Source: Octopus sinensis (taxonomy: Eukaryota). From it: a stretch of DNA of 64,000 nt. The notes under the pieces were generated by a model. It did not search any database and had not been told where the DNA came from. It worked only from the letters and a program-made list of their open reading frames with translations. A program made the position numbers and the translations under genes. Positions 50,891 through 64,000 of this stretch are shown piece after piece. The stretch covers positions 39,928,001 to 39,992,000 of the forward strand of contig NC_043000.1 of NCBI RefSeq assembly GCF_006345805.1. Direction: 5' to 3'. The first letter of the stretch is position 1. Each line of letters begins with the position of its first letter.

Positions 50891-53559
50891 TTGTATTGCT
50901 CCTGTAAACCTTTGTATTGCTCCTGTAAACTTTAGTCAAGCAGACAATGACCAAAAGGCAATCCAGCTAGGACCTTCTGATTGGTCATTTTGCTTCTTTT
51001 TTTCCCCCTCCAGATATAATTCTATAAGGCATCTAGGATCACCACTCTCTCTTTCTCTTTTACACACACACGTGTATATAGGTGCAGGCATGACTGAATG
51101 CTTAAGAAGTTCACTTCTGAATCACTTGGCTATGGGTTAGATTTCAGAGTGCCTTGGGCAAGTGGGTTTGAAATAAACCCAACATGTATGTGTGTGCACA
51201 CATATATATGTGTGTATGCATACACAGATGTATAATGATGATGTTTACATTCATATCTCTTTGAACATCACCAAAACAATAAATGGTGATATTGTTTCTA
51301 TTTTTCCTATTAAACTGTCCTCCGGTTTTGCACCTTCAAACACATGTAGAATAAGAGATTCCTTTCTTGAGAAGCAGGTAAAGGCTAGCAGCAGAAAGGG
51401 AATCTTGTTATAAAACAATGCTTCAATAATGTGCATTGACACTATAACCCATGCTAACATGAAAAGATGGAAGTAAAAACGAATGAAACATGCACACACA
51501 CACAAATACACCTACTCTTAGTTTTGATAGTTTAATAACATACAACTGTGCACTAAATTTTCAAATAAACTAACCTCATCCAGGAAACCATTCAAATTAA
51601 AGGAAAAAAAAGCAGGGTGCTTCAATTTCCATTCAACATAGTCAGTCAAAGAAGATTGCTTGTGTGACATTTTCTCATCTTCTCTAATGTGACATGATTC
51701 TCTAACCATAACTAAGGAAATGTCAGTTTATTTAAGAACCTCACTCTAAAAGATCCAGAGTACTGTTTTGGGGGATGGGGTGGATGTAGTTACCTCTAAT
51801 TAATTGATATCATTATAAGTCTTCATAGGGAGAAAATGAGTGATGTTTCTTTGGGGATTTTTTCACTTGTTTTTGGTTTAACCCCTGCATGATCATATTT
51901 TCAAACACACAGTGTATATGTGCATTTTCATTCATTATGAAAATATTTAAGAATTTTAATAAGATTTAAAATAATTTACTTTTCCTTATTAAGCTAGTGT
52001 AGGGTGATGGATTATCAAAAACTGTTATGATGTCAGACAGTATGCCCTGCAGCCGTTGTTTACAGCTCTGATAAAGTGAAGTCAACAGTTTCTGTGTGTT
52101 TTTGAGTGGCTAAAATGTATTTTCCATACTTCCATAGATAAAATGAGTCTTTGAATTTTATCTAAAATTATGGGGAAATAGTTTGATTAAAATATGATCA
52201 TGACATGGTTAAGAAGTTTGTTTCCCAACTACATGGTTTCTAGTTCAATCTCACTGCATAGCACTACAAACAAATATCTTCTTCTATAGCCCACCTGACC
52301 AGTCATATGAATGGATTTGGTATACAGAGACCGGAAGAAGCCTGTCATATATGTATGTGTGTGTGGGCGGGGTCCCTCCTTCACCCTGCATCTCCTTATC
52401 TTGATATTGCATGATTGTTGTAAATGAATGCCATTCGTTTCCAGTATTCTGTGTATATATGAGTGACCATGGGGAAAATAGTACTTGGCTTAGAATCAAT
52501 TAAATGTTTGGCAACAAGAAGGGTACCAGGCTATGGAAACTCTGCCTCAATGAACTTTGAAGCATGCAAGCATGAAACAGTTGACATTAAAATGAAGATG
52601 ATGGGCTTATCTAAATTTTGGAGATGTACTTGTCTGACAAATGATTTGGTCTGAGACTAACACAATTACAGTGTGGAAAACTCACTGTAGCAATTCAAAA
52701 ACACACAGAACCTGTCAATGTCAATTTTTACAGTAATAAATAGGGGAATTTAACAGTTTCTGAATGGTTAAAATGAGCATTCCACATTGTAAATTGCAAT
52801 TTTATATAAAATTATGAGGAAAGATTTCAATTAAAATGTGAACGATAATACAAGCTCAGGTTATTGTAAGATAGAAGTTGAGATAATGCTAGGTGGGTTG
52901 GTATCAAAAGGGTTATGTTAGTTTATTAACTGTTTAGTGAATGAAGCAGCAAAGAAAGGGACAGTCCAATATGTATAAAATACCAGTAATTTTCTAAGAT
53001 TGAATAATACACATTATTATCCTCTTTTTCAGTGGTGTAGGGTAAGAAAACAAAAGACTTTTTTTTTTCTTTGCTTAAAGAAAAATAAACAAAAAAGATA
53101 ATACTGCCTATTAAATATGAACCAACAAGGAAAATATGCTGAGTGAAGAGAAGTACCAGTTGTAGAGCAGAGTAATTTGCCTCATTTCTCACAAATCACT
53201 TCAGTTTTACAAAAACTTATATTTTTTTTAAAGGGTATAGGAAGGGAGAGAATAGTTGAGTCATGGAATTTATATTATATCCAGGTGAATTTATTCAACC
53301 ATTCAAGAACAATGGTTGTAGCTGAAACTGGTTGTTATTGCCTCAAGTCAGCCCTGAGGCAACTGATCTAGAATTAAAGACATTCCACCTATGACCTCCC
53401 ATACCTTTACATTATTTTTTTTTAGACATAGTGCATCTAAGATAACTGACTATAGTTTGAGGGAGATTTGGTGGCTCTTTTCAGCGGGATGAGCATTCAT
53501 GTAGAGTAAAATCAGACATCTGAGAAAACTGTTGATAGTTTGCATTGGCAAGAATTAGA

Positions 53560-53788
53560 GGTGAGCTGGCAGAATCGTTAGCACACCGGACGATATGCTT
53601 AGCGGTATTTTGTCTGCCGTTAAATCCTCAGTTCAAATTCTGCTGAGGTCGAATTTACCTTTCATCCTTTCAGGGTTGATAAATTAGGTACCAGTTACGC
53701 ACTGGAGTCGATCTAATTGACTTAATCCCTTTGTTTGTCCTTGCTCGTCCGCTCTATGTTTAGCCTCTTGTGAGCAATAAAGAAATAT
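53560..53788 (+). mobile_element. Full-length SINE family B with TSD
   Basis: gaattagagg at 53552-53561 and 53789-53798. Confidence 0.85.
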
Positions 53789-53967
53789 GAATTAGAGGAA
53801 TCTTCATTACTTTGGGAAGTTGTGTTGGTGGTGGTAGCAGTGGTTTGTACAAGTATTGATGTTGTTTAGCTCCAGGTTAACTCTGATCAAACAAACTTGT
53901 TTTCAAAAATGCTCAAGCCAAAACCATTCCATCTTTTATTCTAAGATTACATGTAGTGCATGTGAAG

Positions 53968-54290
53968 GTATATAGCTTAGTGGTTAGGGTTTTCAGCTGA
54001 TGATCACAAGGTCAGGAGTTCAATTCCCAGTGACTAGTTGTGTTCTTGAGCAAGACACTTTATTTCATGCTGCCCTAGTCCACTTAGCAGCGAAAAATGA
54101 GTTGCACCTGTATTTCAAAGGGACAGCCTTGTCACACACTGTCTCATGCTGAATCTCTCTAAGAACTGCGTTAAGGGTACATGTGTCTGTGGAGTGCTCA
54201 GCCACATGCATATTAATTTCATAAGTAGACTGTTCTGTTGATCGGATCAATGAGAACCCTTGCTGTCATAACTGATAGGGTGCCAGACAT
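53968..54290 (+). mobile_element. tRNA-derived SINE (family H)
   Basis: tagcttagtggttaggg (A box), gagttcaattccc (B box), cttgagcaagacacttt. Confidence 0.7.
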
Positions 54291-55016
54291 GTAGTGCATC
54301 ATTTTCTGAGGTGTCTTTCCTACTTTTTAAAACAATGGTGCAATTTGTGAGAAATTTGGTTAGTTTAACAACCATACAGAGGATGCCTAATGATGCATAA
54401 ACGAGTATATCAAGAAACATCTTGCAAATAGGTATGGAGCTTCATCTCATCATTATTTAGACTTCTAAGCAAGTCCTTGCCTCAAATTCATCCCTGATCA
54501 AGCAGACTTCTTTTCAAGGACATTCAAGATGTGACCATCATGTTACCTATTTTTAGCCACTGAATACCTTAAAACTACAATGTATCCTTCCTGTGTGATT
54601 TCAAGGGAAAGGAAATCTGGCTGCTATTTCTAGTAGAATGAGTGAGCATGTAGTGGCTTGTTCATTGGCTCCACTTGAAACTGGCTCACAGACTTGGATT
54701 GTTGCGGAATTTTCTGCTATTACTATGCGCCTGCTACGACTACTACTACTACCACCACCCTCCCCAACACCACTTTTATTATTCTACAAGTAAACTGCTA
54801 CTATAACTACTATTGCTGGTGGTGGTAAAAGTCTTTTATGTCTTCAGATAGATGGCAGTGCCTAATATTGTCAGAAAGTGTAGCAATTTATTGGAAAATT
54901 ATCAACTTCAATAGACTTCCAATTTTTACACATCTCAGACAGGAAAATGAAAGAGAAAGGGATGGGGGGAGGGAAGGAAAGATAGATGCAGCAGTGCAAT
55001 GTTTAAGTATGGCAGT

Positions 55017-55054
<38 letters not shown>

Positions 55055-55435
55055 GGGCGAGATCAAATAGTTTCAGCTACATTCTCTTTAGAATGTTTGT
55101 CATATCTCAGCATGGTAGCCTGCTGTATAAGTGATCAGTGCAAATAAGATATTTGGTTGTGGGGGAGGTGAAGTGAAGATTTGATCAGGATGTAATGTGG
55201 GTGGGGAACAAATAAATGAATAAACAAAAATTAATAATATAAAAAAAAATGAAAGGGAAAATAACACCCCCGCCAGAAAAAGTTAATTTTTTTTTTTAAA
55301 TATATAAATAAGCAAAGAAATAAAGAAAATTGTATTTTTTGCTTGAAGAAAATAATCAAATAATAATAATAATATAAGTTCAGCTTTCTTATGACAGAAA
55401 ATAAAAAATAAAAAAAATAAATTAATAATAATCTT

Positions 55436-56570
55436 TTCTATTACAGACACAAGGCCTGAAATTTGGTGGTGGATACTAGTCGATTACATTGACCCCCAGT
55501 GTTTCACTGGTACTTTATTAACCCCAAAAGGATGAAAGGCAAAGTCAACCTCAGTTGAATTAGAACTCATAACGCAGTGACAGGTGAAATGCTAAGCATT
55601 TCGTCCAGCTTGCTATTGATTCTGCCAACTCACCATTGTTATAATAATAATAATTGTCTAAGATAACACAATGCCAGCAATCTTGAGAGACAATGTTAGT
55701 CAATACCATCAAACCCAGTATTTAACTGTAAATAGGGACAAGGCCTGAACTTTTGAGGGGATGGGGTTAGTTGATTACATTGATCCTAGTGATCATTTCA
55801 TTGACCCCGAAAGGATGAAAGACAAAGTCAACCTCGGCAGAATTTGATCTCAGAATGTAAAGGTGGATGAAATGCCGATTAGCATTTTGTCCAGTATGCT
55901 AATGATTCTGCCAGATTGTCGCCTTTTAATAATGTTAGTGATAATTCATTCTACAACAAGCACAAGGCCAGAAATTTTTGGAGCAGGGGCAGTGTACAAC
56001 TGGTACTTATTTTATTGACCCTGAAAAGATGAAAAGCAAAATCAACTTTGGCAGGATTTGAACTTGGAAAGTAGACAAAATGCCGTGAAGCATTTTGTCT
56101 GGCATGCTATCAATTCAGCCAGTTCGATGCCCTAAAATAATAATAATAATAATAATAATAATGGTAACAACAGTTTCAAATTTTGGTACAGTGCCAGTAA
56201 TTTCAAGGGAGGGAACAAGTTGATTACTTCGACCCCTATGCTCAACTGGTGCTTATTTTATCAACATCAAAAGGATGAAAGGCAAAAAAGTCAACCTCAG
56301 TGGAATTTGAAATTCAGAAAGGAAAGACAGATGAAATGCTGCTGAACATATTGCTCAGTATGCAAACAATTCTATCAGCTCATTGCCTTAGCATAATAAT
56401 AATAATAATAATAATGACAGTATCTAATTTATGCACAAGTCAACAATTTTGAGGGGAGGGTGCTGGTCAGTGAAAACGATCCCAGTTATTCATTGGCTCT
56501 TGATATTATCTACCTTGAAAAGATGAAAATCAAAGCTGACCTCAATGTACTCAGAATGTAAAAATTACAC
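55436..56570 (-). mobile_element. Cluster of 5-6 co-oriented SINE family B copies separated by (AAT)n
   Basis: Repeated aaa(g)gatgaaa(g)gcaaagtcaacct...ga(a)tttgaact blocks at about 55436, 55735, 55950, 56170 and 56420. Confidence 0.8.
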
Positions 56571-58063
56571 AAAGCAGGTTTTCTAATGATTCTAATAATA
56601 ACAACAATGAGATGTAGAAAAAAAAAACTGTCGAAATTAAGTTTAAAACTAAAAGATAACTAAAACGGAAAATAAAATTAATGGTAGATACCTTCTCTTC
56701 CCACCCATCTTTTTACTTCAGGAAAAAAAAAAACAGCAAAGACGGTAAGAGGGAATTAATTATTCCACACCTTGTGTTCCAAATTATTATTTTAATGCAA
56801 AAAGGCGAAAAGTTTTTTTTTTAAATAATTTTAAAAAGCCTTTTTAGTAATAATGAATACATAATGAGCACCTTTAGTTTTTTCAGATCACATCTGTAGC
56901 AAAGGTTTCTTAAAAAATATGCATATTTTAAAAAGCCCCTGCAAAAACACATGGAAGTCCTCCGAGATATAAATGGTGAATGACAAAGTTGGTAGAGCAA
57001 CTGATGCAATATCTTGGCATATAATTACAGGAATGTAACAAAATACAGCCAAGTTCAAACCTTACCAAAGTTGATTTTGCCTTTCATCCATCTGAGGCAC
57101 AAACACGAAATTATGAAAAGTGTGACTGACCTAATCAATTCAACAACATACCAATTATCATAATTTTAATGTTTATTTTCCATGCTTCCATGTGCCTGAT
57201 GGGATTCATTAAGGCAAATTTAATGAGGCTTGATACCCTTCATATTTGCCAACCTTCGTTTGTTTCCACAGAAGATTAGAAAAAAATTACACCATCTGTA
57301 TGACGGTGACATTTACAGCTGTTATGTGATGCCAAGACAAGGAGACATAAATACAAAAACACACACAACCTTTACTTAGCCTAGGAGAAAACACTTGCCT
57401 ATGGTGCCATAGTAGAGAAACGAAAGTCTTGAACACACATGTGCGCATGCATACACACACACACACACACACACAGATATCTTTCAGATACTATTATGCA
57501 GCTATTTGATCTGCTAAAAATGGCACCCAAATCTCCCTCAAGTTCACACACTACCATGAGTACCACCTTGACCGTTTTTATACCAATCTGCCTGAGACTG
57601 TCTCTAGTGCTACCTTCCTGTTTAAGTGACATAAAATTAAAAACTATTAAAATTTAATGTTAAGTTTCTAACACCAGCATAATAACATCAAAGTTACTTT
57701 GCTAATGTCTTCAATATTTTCATAATTAATTAAAACAGAAAATATGGTAATAGAAGGGTTAAACAAGTGGATGATACAATACAGTATGTTTGGTGTAGAG
57801 GAGAAAAACACTAAGATTATGGCTGTAATACCTTTGATTGGAGCTGAACCACACAACAGCCTACACAACCATCATGACAATAAAAATATATCTCACCATC
57901 TATTTACAATAACAATAGATCAGTATGGCATGGTATGCCGTGTTGCTGTACAGTGTAACATTGCATAGTAAAATATTGAACTGTATAGTCTGACAGACAA
58001 GGACGAAAGGGTTGGCTGAGGTCAGATTCTTTACTCACAAAGTTGTTTTTTTTTTTTGCTTCT

Positions 58064-58293
58064 TTAATCCTTCAACATTTAAACCAACCATATTTGGCCA
58101 AAATATTCTACCTGTTTTATATGTTCAGACTGGCCAGATCTGACTTCTCGCACCTGACTTACAATGTCATTCTTAAAATAAACAGTCACATCATCGAAAT
58201 CTCAAAACTGTTAGATAAATCATGATTAATTTAAAACAACATGAATAAATAATTATAACATTTGACAGAGTAATGTGAATGCTGAAGGGCTAA
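58064..58293 (+). mobile_element. TTAA MITE family 1
   Basis: TTAAtccttcaacattt...gaatgctgaagggctaa. Confidence 0.75.
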
Positions 58294-61264
58294 ATGTTGT
58301 TTGATGGTTGGGGAAAGAAACTCGGTACAAGAATAAATTCTTATATAAGGCATGAGAGCAGCAAGTATCATTTGGGACAAGGAATAATTTCACTCTTCAA
58401 ACATCTTGAAGGGAGGAGAAACAGAGAGAGAGAGAGAGAACTTGGAGAGTGTGTGCATGTCTACATACCTGCAAATATGTGAATGCATTTGGATGTGAAT
58501 ACACATGCTTGTATCTAAATATGTTTGCATGTATAGGGGATGGGTAGCAGATACTGAGTGTGTGTGTGTGTGTGCGGTTTTGTAGCTATGACATCATGTT
58601 GGAGGGGGCGAGAATCATGAAATGTGCTGCAAACTCTCTCCCTCATCCACTGTAATTAATTCAACAAGTATTCAACCAAATCATCCACCTACATGTACAT
58701 ATAGCACCAACCATACTGACCTCTAACCCAAGAGAGAAGTTCAACTCACTCAAGACTTAGGGACATTTAAATCTGTCGGTGGGGGAGGGACCCATTGGAA
58801 TGATGGCGATGGTGGTGGCAGTAGTAATGAGAGATGGAGTGAAAACGGGGGGGGGGGGGCAGAAGTGGGAAGAAGGAAATAGAGAAGGGAAAGGATGAAT
58901 AGGCAGTGGGTGATAAACAGAGGGAAAGACCATAGTGGACAGGTATCCAGGAGTGAGTGTGTGTGGTGGTGGTGGTGGGCTGCTGATGAAGGAAGAGACA
59001 TGGGGAATAGATTAAGAGTGTTTGGTGGTTGAGGTAAAGAGGAGAAAGATTTCAAGACATGATGAAAAAGGAACACGTGTGTGTATGTGTGTGTGTGTGT
59101 GTGCGCGCGCGCGCAGGGAGAGGGAGAGGGGAGAGTGGAGAAAGTAGGGAGGAATGGAAGTTTGCAAAATAAAGACAGAGTAGAAGCCAGTTCTTTAACC
59201 AGGATGGTGCTGGTGCCAATACAACTAAAATGTCAAAAGATGCTAAAAGCATAAAAATAAAACAGAAGCTGAATAATAATAATAATAAAGAAAAATGAAA
59301 ATGAAATAAGAAAAACATCCTTTTCAATATTAACCCTTGACCCAAATTAGTTTCAAATGTATTTTTTCCGCCCTTTATGAAAATATATTTAAAGCCATGT
59401 CACTAGGAAGTTTGTTTGAATTGATGGTATTGGTGGCCTCCATACTAGAGTGTATGGAATGTGTCCCCCACCCCATTTCTGCCCAACACCTCCCAATCTC
59501 ACTGCCACCAAGAAGAAAACAAAAACAAAGATCACCATCGCCCTTCTTGTTTGCAACCCTCACCTGTTTCCAGATGAAGTAATATTGCTCCATGGATGGA
59601 CATATTTTCATGAAAGGTTAGAAATGAATGGTACCACTTATGACAATGATGCTCATTTAAAACTATTGTGCAATGCCAAGGAGAGAGAGAGAGAGAGAGA
59701 GAGAGACATGCATGTGCACAGACAGAGGACTTCTCTCAGTTTCTATCAACCAAATTCACTTTAAAGTCTTTGATTAATTTGGGGCTATAATAGAAGTTAT
59801 TTCCCCAAGGTGCTGCACAGTGGGACTGAACCTAAAACTGGTGGTTTGGAAGCAAACTTCTTAACTACACAGCTATTTGAAATCTAGTTCAACCACAAAT
59901 TAAACCTACATAACAAATTTGGTTTACTGAGGCATTAATACCACTCCATCAGTGATTACCATAAAAATAAGACAGAAATCAATGAAAAAAAAACCTGTAT
60001 GTCATTATTTGGTCTGTTTTTGTTTGAAATAGCAGCCAAAATTTCTGTCTGAAAAAGGTATGGTCACATCCTAGGTAAACTAGGTGTAAAAGAAAGAAGT
60101 GATAGTCATGGCAGGAATACCTTCATCACCAGCTGGTGATAATGACCAAGACTACAAGCTGTTGGTCAACTGGTTAAGAGGTCATGGCATATTAATAGGC
60201 TTTTTACTTAGGAAACATAATGGCTGGTAGACAAGTCCATCTAGGTTTTTAACAGGCTCAAAGGGTAAATGATATATTGTAAAAAGTTCCTGATATATCT
60301 AAATGTAAGATTATATGGATGAATTATCCAAAAAGAGTTTAGCATATCTTTATTACTGGTAACAATTGTTTCGAGAACCACTCAGTTTTTAATACTGTTG
60401 CACATAGATAATATCATGTGAAAAGTTAAGTAATATGCATTTTTTTTAACATTAGAGTGGCACTTCATCAGATAAGAATACATCTTTTAAAGTGAGTGTG
60501 AAGTGCTGCTTCAACTTAAAACATCTCAAATATTACATAACTTTTCACATGTGCAAAGGTACTGAAACAAATGGAACTAGCAATAAAAATGTGTTAAACC
60601 ATTTCTTTGTCTTCTTATTTAGATTATATTTTACTCTTCATAAAACCCAGACATTAAATTTACCAGTGATATATATGGATATTTTTTTTACAGCTGCAAA
60701 ATTTCAATTTTCCTTGAGACGAATTCTAGAGTGTAGATAGTCATGAATACATGTTGAGTACTGCACTGGAAATACTCTGATTTTCTACCTCATCAGGACT
60801 TAATATACATGTGTGTGTGTGTGTGTGTGTATACATATATATGTATAGATATAGATATGTTATGTATCAAAGCCTAAAGATTACTTGCAGACTGTGTGTT
60901 TAAAACCTGTTTAGATGTCATCTTCAATGTATGAAACTACTAGTAACATACATACTGTGTACACTAAATAATTTATATATATAATTATACATTAACTTAT
61001 ATACATCCACATATAGAAGCTTTTGTCTCTCTCTCTCACTCTCTGTATACACGTACATGTGGGCACCAAAGTCCAACACATGCCAGTGTAGAAGATGGAT
61101 GGTAAATGATAACATACCTAAAAACATACAGGCTTGCACATCTGGACATGCATACATTAAAAATTCAATAGACTAAGGTGTTACGTGTGTGTGTGTGTTT
61201 AAGCATGGTTTCATAGACAAGCAGGCACAACCAGTTACACATATACAGACGTAAAAAGAGAGGG

Positions 61265-61299
<35 letters not shown>

Positions 61300-62809
61300 T
61301 ACAAGATTTCTGCTCTATGATGTATCACTAATAGCTTACATACTAAGTACATATGCTTGAAGAGGTATATGGAATGTAAAGTAATGATTAGATTGGGAAT
61401 TAGTATGCATGAGGTCATGTGCACACGCGTGCTCACACATACACATTGTGGTACAAAGGTTAACCTGAAATTATCCAATACCCTATAATTTCTCACTGGA
61501 CGAAATTACCAAATTCTTAAGATTGTTTTTAGATTTAAAGAGAAAAAGGAGTGTCTCGTCAGTCACTTGGCTAATCAACTAGACATTTAAAATGTAAAAA
61601 AGAGACAGGAGATAGGTAGGGTAGGAGAGCAAAGGGAGGAGATAGAGAAAGAAAGTGGTGGAAGAAAAGAGATAGGTATAGAGAAAAGTATAGTGGTAGA
61701 GGCTAAAATGCAGCTGAAGAACATATTGCTCTCTTTAATAGATCTGTGAGTGATCAAGACAAAGGTATGTCATAGCAACAGACCTGCTAGAAACTTAGTA
61801 CAAAGGCAGAGATGTGTTATAACTGATCCGTCACTGACTTAGTACCAAGACAAAGATGTGTCATAACAATTGTGAATTCATATCAAAACAAATATTCAGT
61901 CTTTCTAATACACATCAAATGCCCCCATGTCAGACACAAAATAGTAATAACAATAATTGTTTCTACTTGACTGGTACGTTATTTTATTGACCAAGGGAGA
62001 CTGAAAGGCAACATTTAACTTCAGTGGGATTTGAACTTGGAATGTAATGGATGTAAGGTATTTTTTTTTTTTTCTAACACTAATGATTTTGTAGAATAAT
62101 TTTCGACAAAAGCACAAGTTTGAGAGAAGTGGGTGTTTGAAGAATGAAAGGTAACAGCCAACATTAAAACAAAAGTGCTGCAACTAAACATCACTGGACA
62201 TTTTGTTTATTGCTCTACAAATTCTGTAATGATTTATAACACAAAATACATTATAGAGAACCTAACAGTTCAGGCATGGACAGCCTTTTCCAAGAAGCAG
62301 ACCACATGAGACATGGCTCATCATCAGGCAGACTACACCACAAAAAAAATTTTCAAGGCAATTTTTCCTTTGCATGTCTTGTGGACTGTAGTTTGTCAAG
62401 GACTGCACCAGTTCAAATACAGTAAATATACTGTGATAGAACTAGTGAGAGCAAGTCTACCTAACAAAGTTCTTATTTATTCCCTTATTGCAATGATTTC
62501 CAATTTTTCTATGACCACAACAATGTCTATATTTCCACTTCAAAGCACCATTGTTTCTATATGGTTGATAATATTGACCCTAAGAGTTAACTGATGACTT
62601 ATTTTTATTGATCCTTGAAGAAAAATGAAAAGGCAAAAAAAAAAAAAAAAAAAATCAACCCTACCATGATTTGAACACAGGAAAAAATTGAATAAAGTTT
62701 CTTGCTGAAGAGTGTGTGGATGGTAAACATAAAACCTAACCATCAACTGAGATTGAACCTGTCTCTACTGTACAGAAAATGATGGTAATATTTCATAACT
62801 GCAAGGTAG

Positions 62810-63025
62810 CTATCTGGCAGAATTGTTAGCATGCCAAATAAAATGCTTAACAGTGTTTCATCTGACTTTATGTTCTGAGTTCAAATTCTGCCGAGGTTGA
62901 CTTTGTCTTTCTTTCTTTTAGGTTGATAGAAAAAGTACCAGTTGACCACTGGGGTCAATGTATTACATCAATTTACCCTCTCCCACAAAATTGCTGGCCT
63001 TATTCCAAAATTTGAAACCAATATT
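62810..63025 (+). mobile_element. SINE family B
   Basis: ctggcagaattgttagc...gagttcaaattctgccgaggttgac...aaatttgaaacc. Confidence 0.75.
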
Positions 63026-63067
63026 CCATAACTCCATTTATATTCCTTGTTTATAAATATACTATGA

Positions 63068-63294
63068 TTAACCCTTTTGGTATGAAATCACCTAAGACTG
63101 CCCCTGGTTCTACGATATAAATTTCTAGTTTAAAGTGATCTAAATAAAAAATTTCCCATTTAAAAATTCTATGTTAATTTTGATTTCAAAATATCAGCTT
63201 AATAATAACAAAGTTATCTTACTAAATTCATTATTTTCGAAAATTCAAAGAAAGGAAGTGTATTTCAACAGAAATAGAGCAACAAAAGGTTTAA
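63068..63294 (+). mobile_element. TTAA MITE family 2
   Basis: TTAAcccttttggt...gcaacaaaaggtTTAA imperfect TIRs; a related degraded copy at about 32450-32592. Confidence 0.6.
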
Positions 63295-64000
63295 AGTGAA
63301 GTGACAGCAGAATTAAGTTTCAGGAGAATACTTCCACTTTGTACATTGGCTTGAAACCATAGGACAATGTCTAACTAGTGGTTGTTGTTCATCATTATCA
63401 TCAAGTAGGTAACAACGGTGGGTCAACAGCTCTGTCAATTTTTGAGTGAGACAACCAAATACAAGCAAGAACAATAGGAAATATTAGTGCTAGATCTAAT
63501 TTCTGGGAGTGTAAAGCAAGTATGGACAAATTCCATTTTCCCCTCAAAAATAAAAATAATAAAAAATTTGCAAACCTTAAACCAGGGTTTGGGTGTGCAT
63601 TTGAAAAGGTTAGCTATTGTGTGTCAATACACTATGGTCAAAGAAGTCAACAGAGAAGCCTCAATATAGACATGGATATGCTAGAAATAGCCAAATCTCT
63701 TACACTTCTGTCTTTTAAAGAAGAAAGGTGAGTACATTGGATGTAACAATCAGGGATACACTAAACCTGAAAACAAGAAGAAGAAAAGAAAAACAGGATG
63801 ATCAGAATTGAAATGGTTTCAATTAGGAGTCTGTTTGATCAGAGTAAGCTTAAGATTAAGTGTTGAAAGAAGAAGTAAAAAGGAGGTTAGTAGTGAACCA
63901 AATTTCTACATTTGGCAATACATCAAATAACCTGAATTAATTGTTGACCTTCCACTGACGATTGTTTAATTGATTTTTATTTTTGATAAATTGAGGTATG

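Overview
Very AT-rich, repeat-saturated eukaryotic DNA. The SINE/RTE families and the (TA)n, (TG)n and (AAT)n microsatellites look like a coleoid cephalopod (Octopus-like) genome; this comes from my recall of those families, not from a search. No intact host protein-coding gene can be supported, and nearly all long ORFs are microsatellite or low-complexity artefacts. The window holds: a 5'-truncated, degraded R4/Dong-clade LINE (about 15983-18245; RT, CCHC finger, REL endonuclease) sitting in TAA tracts; many RTE-LINE 3' ends; several tRNA-derived SINE families, some with clean TSDs; TTAA-flanked piggyBac-type MITEs; a DINE-1/HINE-like element; Helitron-like termini; Penelope-like fragments; and large micro/minisatellites. 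The most interesting signals are two type I hammerhead ribozyme folds with near-palindromic stem III (37194-37240, one non-canonical pair; 20191-20327, 78-nt loop II), plus weaker fossils, mostly embedded in TA-rich tracts. There is also a speculative run of minus-strand microexon-like signals in the first 5 kb.
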